Source of the DNA: an uncultured Bacilli bacterium | Lineage (GTDB): Bacteria > Bacillota_I > Bacilli_A > RF39 > UBA660 | Direction: 5' to 3' | DNA length: 32,018 nt | NCBI GenBank assembly: GCA_944373135.1 | Contig: CALWAM010000003.1 | Coordinates: 1 to 32,018, forward strand | In this document: piece after piece, positions 27,595-32,018 of the stretch | Position numbering within the stretch: position 1 is the stretch's first letter | Layout of the letters: every line of letters begins with the position of its first letter | Translations under genes and position numbers: made by a program | Notes under the pieces: generated by a model | The model's database searches: none | Told to the model about the DNA's origin: nothing | Seen by the model: the letters and a program-made list of their open reading frames with translations, nothing else

Positions 27595-28045
27595 GTTTAT
27601 CATCACCCTTTATAATTGAAATAATAAGTAAGAATATTCCTATACATATAAATATATCAGCAAAATTAAACACAGGAAAGTCATAACTAAAGATTAATAC
27701 ATCTATAAAATCTCTAACATATCCTAAAATTATTCTATCTAATAAATTGCCAAGTATTCCCCCTAATAATAAACCAAAAGATACAATTGTTCTAATATTT
27801 TTCTTAAAACAAAACATATATCTATATAATACTATAATTGCCATAATACTAATTATTATAATAATATATCTCATATTATCAAGTAATCCCCAAGCTACTC
27901 CTGTATTATAATAAGAAGAAATATATAAGAAATTATCTATTAATTTATAACTTTCACCAACAGTGAAATATATATCAATTAAAGATTTAGATACTTGATC
28001 TATAAATAAACAGATAATTCCAATTATAAAAATTTTTTTGGTCAT
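27572..28045 (-). CDS. lspA: Lipoprotein signal peptidase II
   Basis: IDQVSK, NTGVAWG, GILGNLLDR, VRDFI, FPVFNFADI. Confidence 0.95.
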   Translation of the reverse strand: MTKKIFIIGIICLFIDQVSKSLIDIYFTVGESYKLIDNFLYISSYYNTGVAWGLLDNMRYIIIIISIMAIIVLYRYMFCFKKNIRTIVSFGLLLGGILGNLLDRIILGYVRDFIDVLIFSYDFPVFNFADIFICIGIFLLIISIIKGDDKHETNNGK

Positions 28046-28073
28046 TATTCTTCCTCATTTCATTGGTATTATA

Positions 28074-28301
28074 TCATAATTCTACTAATATTACATCACT
28101 TCCTATTTTTTTAATATTTAAAAAATTTATAGATACTTCTCCCCCACTACCTAAAAATGATCTTAATTTCATTTTTTCTTCTACTATTAATCTCTTTATA
28201 TTCCCTTGTTCATCTATCTCAGCATCAATTATTCTACCTACTTTCTTACCATCTAAAATATTAACTACATCCTTTTGTTGTAATTCTGATAAACGCATCA
28301 A
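28074..28301 (-). CDS. ylmC: YlmC/YmxH sporulation PRC-barrel protein
   Basis: MRLSELQQKDVVNILDGKKVG.IIDAEID...IKKIGSDVILV. Confidence 0.88.
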   Translation of the reverse strand: MMRLSELQQKDVVNILDGKKVGRIIDAEIDEQGNIKRLIVEEKMKLRSFLGSGGEVSINFLNIKKIGSDVILVEL

Positions 28302-28380
28302 ACCACCTTAATAAAATATATTATTTATTTACAAAAAATAGTAACTTTGATAATATAATAATATGAAAGGAGTCGTTTAT

Positions 28381-28779
28381 ATGGGATTAGGTTATGGAAA
28401 TAATTCAATAGTTACTACAAATTCAACTGTAGGAGTATGGGCAATCATTAGTGTAATAATTGCTATTTGTGCATCAATTGTTATTTATTTCACTTTCTTA
28501 AATAAAGATAATGAAAAAAAATATACTGGATTCTTAAAAACTTTATATGATTTTCTATCTTTTAAAACCCTAACATTAGAAGCCATTTTAAAAATTTTCT
28601 ATATGTTTATTGCAATTTATATTACTCTTGCCTCATTCGAACTTATTAAAGTAAGCATAATTGCCTTCGTTCTAATGTTAATAATAGGCAATGTTGTTGC
28701 TCGTATTGTCTTTGAATCAGCCCTATTATTATTAATGATTTATCGTCAATTAGTTAAAATATCTGATTCTAAAAAATAA
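28381..28779 (+). CDS. Membrane protein (DUF4282-like)
   Basis: AAGGAG RBS before ATG 28381; LYDFLSFK...ILKIFY...RIVFE pattern, 3 TMs. Confidence 0.6.
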   Translation: MGLGYGNNSIVTTNSTVGVWAIISVIIAICASIVIYFTFLNKDNEKKYTGFLKTLYDFLSFKTLTLEAILKIFYMFIAIYITLASFELIKVSIIAFVLMLIIGNVVARIVFESALLLLMIYRQLVKISDSKK

Positions 28780-28786
28780 TAATCTT

Positions 28787-28810
28787 AAGACTACTAAGTA
28801 GTCTTTTTTT
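28787..28810 (+). terminator. Intrinsic terminator
   Basis: AAGACTAC-taa-GTAGTCTT plus T run; followed by TG-c-TATAAT for the next gene. Confidence 0.75.
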
Positions 28811-28836
28811 ATGCTATAATCACAACAGGTGATAAC

Positions 28837-30642
28837 ATGGAAAACAAAAGAATAATAAATATTAATGCTTGGGAAAGAAACATAGATGGAATTTACTATA
28901 GTAGTGATCCAAAAATATTTGAAAGTCCCCATCAATGCCTAGAAATCCTTCTAGATAATAAAATGATTTATGAAACTGATACGGATCGAAAAGAAATATT
29001 ATTTAATGATTCTAACCATCCTTATTCTTTTTTAACTAAACTTAGATTAGGTTCAATCAGTTTATTTATTAATCCGGAAGCTTATTCACAAAATCCCCAA
29101 GTTTTTGAATCAATTATTATCCAAGCAATTAGTAATTTTAAATCCCTTACCTTAAGTATTGATGAAAATCTTAAACTTACCCCCACCATATTAGAGGCCA
29201 TCATTAATAATTCCCATATTAATTCTATTCATTTAAATAATCGTCTTCTTGATATAAATTTATATCAACAATTAAGAAGGAAAAAGGATATCGTTATATA
29301 TGGAAATAACGTATCTAAAGAATTATTAAATATTTATGATGGAAGTATAAATCTAAACATGACTAAGCCTTTAGTTTATACCTACACTTACAAAATATTA
29401 CAAAAGATATCTGATTTAATAATAAACGAACCTTTAACCCCAAATGAAATATATAATCTAAAAGAATATGCGCCTAACTTAGAAAGCTTAACATTTCAAA
29501 AAGATGGATTATTATCTTTTAGAACCATTATAGAACACTTTAAAGATTCACCAATAAAAATAATATTTAAACTAGAAAAAGACAAGATTTATAACTTAAA
29601 TGAATTAAAAGAAATTGTAAAAGAATATCCAAATATTATGGTTGAATATGAATATCAAGAATATCCTCTTCAAGATTATATAAAGATGGAAGAACATATT
29701 CTTAAATTAATTGAACCAATTAATAATTTAAATTTAACTCCCTTAGAAAAATTTATTTATGTTTTTAATGTTACGAAAAGATTTCGTGAATATAAGGAAA
29801 ATGATATAGATCCGATGAGAGCCCGCAACTTAATAAGTTTATTTGAAAATGATAACGATACTATTGTTTGCGTTGGATATAGTGCCCTTTTAGAAGAATT
29901 ATGTCTTCATTTAAATATTCCTAATGTAAAAATATCCGCTGATATTGGATTCATTAATGAAAGTAATGAAGTAAATTACGGTGGACATGCCCGTAATCTT
30001 GTTTATTTAAAAGATGATAAATATCATATTGATGGATTTTATATCTCAGATGCTACTTGGAGTAATAATTATGAATATGATTCTCTAGTAACAGCATTAT
30101 TAACTCCTAATGAAACAACCAATTTATACCGGATTATAAAAAATGGCGAAATTTCCATTATATCTAGTCAATCTTATCAAGAGTTCTTAAGTTTAATTTA
30201 TCAAGATTTTAAAACAAACAGTTGTTATTTATTCAATCGTTTAATAATAAGTATTACCAAATTATATCCAAGTTTCATTTCAATTTTATCATCTAATAAA
30301 GCTTATCAAGAATTTAATTCTAAATCATTACCTAAAACTAATGATTATTATAATCTATTTATTGATGAAGAATTTATGAAAATTTTATATAATTTTATAA
30401 AAACTAAAATGAACAATATTATTTCAGGAGAAACATTAATTAATGCTAGTGTAAATTTACAAAGAAAATTACATCCTGAGATGACCGAAGAAGAACTTTT
30501 AAATTATCGTAATAAATTAAATGCCGATAATCAATTTGATTATGAAGATCAAGCACCTCCTATCGTTGCTGAACACTATGATAATAAAGAAATAATTGCT
30601 AATGAAACTAATAAATTTGGTCAAGGGCCTCGAAAAATTTAA
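28837..30642 (+). CDS. Hypothetical protein with transglutaminase/papain-like Cys-His-Asp domain
   Basis: LTPLEKFIYVFN, IVCVGYSALL, GHARNLV, SDATW. Confidence 0.7.
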   Translation: MENKRIININAWERNIDGIYYSSDPKIFESPHQCLEILLDNKMIYETDTDRKEILFNDSNHPYSFLTKLRLGSISLFINPEAYSQNPQVFESIIIQAISNFKSLTLSIDENLKLTPTILEAIINNSHINSIHLNNRLLDINLYQQLRRKKDIVIYGNNVSKELLNIYDGSINLNMTKPLVYTYTYKILQKISDLIINEPLTPNEIYNLKEYAPNLESLTFQKDGLLSFRTIIEHFKDSPIKIIFKLEKDKIYNLNELKEIVKEYPNIMVEYEYQEYPLQDYIKMEEHILKLIEPINNLNLTPLEKFIYVFNVTKRFREYKENDIDPMRARNLISLFENDNDTIVCVGYSALLEELCLHLNIPNVKISADIGFINESNEVNYGGHARNLVYLKDDKYHIDGFYISDATWSNNYEYDSLVTALLTPNETTNLYRIIKNGEISIISSQSYQEFLSLIYQDFKTNSCYLFNRLIISITKLYPSFISILSSNKAYQEFNSKSLPKTNDYYNLFIDEEFMKILYNFIKTKMNNIISGETLINASVNLQRKLHPEMTEEELLNYRNKLNADNQFDYEDQAPPIVAEHYDNKEIIANETNKFGQGPRKI

Positions 30643-30653
30643 AAATGCTTTAG

Positions 30654-31430
30654 TTATTTAATCAGTTTTCTGACATTAACTATCGCATTTTTTTCTAATC
30701 TTGATACCTGGGCTTGAGATATACCTAAACTTTCCGCAATTTCCATTTGCGTTTTTCCGATTATAAAACGATCTAGTAATATTTCTCTTTCTCTTTCTTT
30801 AATCTTACCTAAAGCTCTTCGCAAAGAAATTAACATATCCCTATCCATTTCTTTTTCTTTTTTATCAGCAATTTGATCTTCCAAATAAATTGTATCTCCC
30901 CCATCATTAAATATTGGTTCAAAAATACTAACCGGATTTCTTAAACTTTCTAAGGCTTCATTTATCTCATATTCGCTTTTATTTAAATAATCAGCAATAA
31001 CTTGTGAATTAGGTTCAATACCATGGTCATTATAATAACTTTCTTTAAAATTTAATATTTGATAAGCTAAATCTTTAATACTTCTACTAATTCTTAAAGA
31101 TGTATTATCTCTTATATATCTTTTTACTTCTCCAAGTATTAAAGGAACAGCATATGTAGAAAACATAACTCCTACTGATAAATCAAAATTATCTACAGCT
31201 TTAATTAAACCAACACAACCTATTTGGAATAAATCATCCATATTATATTTATCATTATTAAATCTTTTTAAAATACTTAATACTAATTTTAAATTACCAT
31301 TTACTAATTCCTCTTTAGCACTCATATCCCCATTTTTATATCTTTTAAATAATTCTATCATTTCTTTATTACTTAATACTTTAATATCATTAGTATTTAA
31401 ATTAGTTATATCTACTTTATATCTAGCCAT
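30654..31430 (-). CDS. sigG: Forespore sigma factor SigG
   Basis: SigG-type N-terminus MARYKVDIT..N....VLSNKEM, LVNGNLKLVLS, DDLFQIGCVGL, SIFEPIFNDGGDTIY, GKTQMEIAESLGISQAQVSRLEK. Confidence 0.93.
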   Translation of the reverse strand: MARYKVDITNLNTNDIKVLSNKEMIELFKRYKNGDMSAKEELVNGNLKLVLSILKRFNNDKYNMDDLFQIGCVGLIKAVDNFDLSVGVMFSTYAVPLILGEVKRYIRDNTSLRISRSIKDLAYQILNFKESYYNDHGIEPNSQVIADYLNKSEYEINEALESLRNPVSIFEPIFNDGGDTIYLEDQIADKKEKEMDRDMLISLRRALGKIKEREREILLDRFIIGKTQMEIAESLGISQAQVSRLEKNAIVNVRKLIK

Positions 31431-31449
31431 ATCTTTATCCTTTCATCAT

Positions 31450-31479
31450 CATTATGGCTAAATATAAACTTATTTATGC
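31450..31479 (-). promoter_or_regulatory. SigG/SigF-type promoter of sigG
   Basis: GCATA-N18-CATAATG. Confidence 0.55.
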
Positions 31480-31487
31480 AAAAAGAG

Positions 31488-31991
31488 CTATTTCTTCTTA
31501 GAAATAACTCTTTTTCTATTTACTAATTTATAAATTATACTATAAATAATAATACCTACACTACTACCACTAGTATCTATTAAAACATCACTAAATTTTC
31601 CCGTTCTACCCCCAATAAACAATTGATAAAACTCATCACAACTAGCTACTAACATACATAATAATATGGCACTTATTATAACTTTATAATTAAGCTTATA
31701 ATATTTTCTTAATAAATTAATTAATATTAACCCTAATATTAAATATTCGGTAAAATGAGCACTTTTCCTAATTATAAATCGCATATTATCTTGTATATTT
31801 TCTATTTCTTTATCACTAAATTCTTTATTAGTAATGTTTTCTACTAATTTAATACCTATATCAGTTACACTATTACTCGTTATAGTGGAATCAGCTCCAG
31901 ACTGACTAGAAAAACTAAATATAATTATAATCCACAATAAGAAAATTAAGATATTAACTTGATGCCCTTTTTCAACCATCTTAATATTCAT
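31488..31991 (-). CDS. VanZ family membrane protein
   Basis: IFSFSSQ...S, RKSAHFTEYLILG, DEFYQLFIGGR....DVLID. Confidence 0.88.
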   Translation of the reverse strand: MNIKMVEKGHQVNILIFLLWIIIIFSFSSQSGADSTITSNSVTDIGIKLVENITNKEFSDKEIENIQDNMRFIIRKSAHFTEYLILGLILINLLRKYYKLNYKVIISAILLCMLVASCDEFYQLFIGGRTGKFSDVLIDTSGSSVGIIIYSIIYKLVNRKRVISKKK

Positions 31992-32018
31992 TATTTTAAT
32001 TATAATACCTAATATAAA

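Noticed and set aside
25882-28935. ORFs 25882-26178, 28063-28311 and 28750-28935
   Set aside because: Antisense to rhomboid, ylmC and the two + strand genes.
31488-31991. Glycopeptide resistance cluster
   Set aside because: Lone VanZ-family gene with no other van genes in the window.

Overview
Very AT-rich, gene-dense chromosomal segment (TGA used as a stop, so genetic code 11). Gene content and order point to a spore-forming Bacilli-class Firmicute, plausibly a reduced gut lineage such as RF39 (inference). Almost all genes are on the minus strand. Core genes: serS, sufS-sufU, a YhaQ/YhaP-type ABC pair, tRNA-Glu(CUC), parE-parC, tkt, lexA, obgE, a second cysteine desulfurase, rhomboid, an RluA-family synthase, lspA and a VanZ-family gene. 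Sporulation genes: sigG, ylmC, sirA, ylbD/ylbE and a BclA-like collagen protein. No CRISPR array, prophage or transposase was seen. Most interesting signals: (1) an unannotated 49-aa single-TM microprotein divergent from lexA at the yneA/sosA position, with a LexA box inside a near-consensus promoter, a candidate new SOS division inhibitor; (2) a GNAT gene between a Ser T-box riboswitch and serS; (3) a candidate structured ncRNA beside the tRNA; (4) hairpins that would occlude translation starts of sigG and the collagen gene in read-through mRNA; (5) two frameshifted accessory genes (GGDEF, WG-repeat) and an RBS-ATG-TAA start-stop element; (6) a transglutaminase-like orphan inserted between sigG and ylmC. 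All product calls are by motif recognition only; no database search was run.
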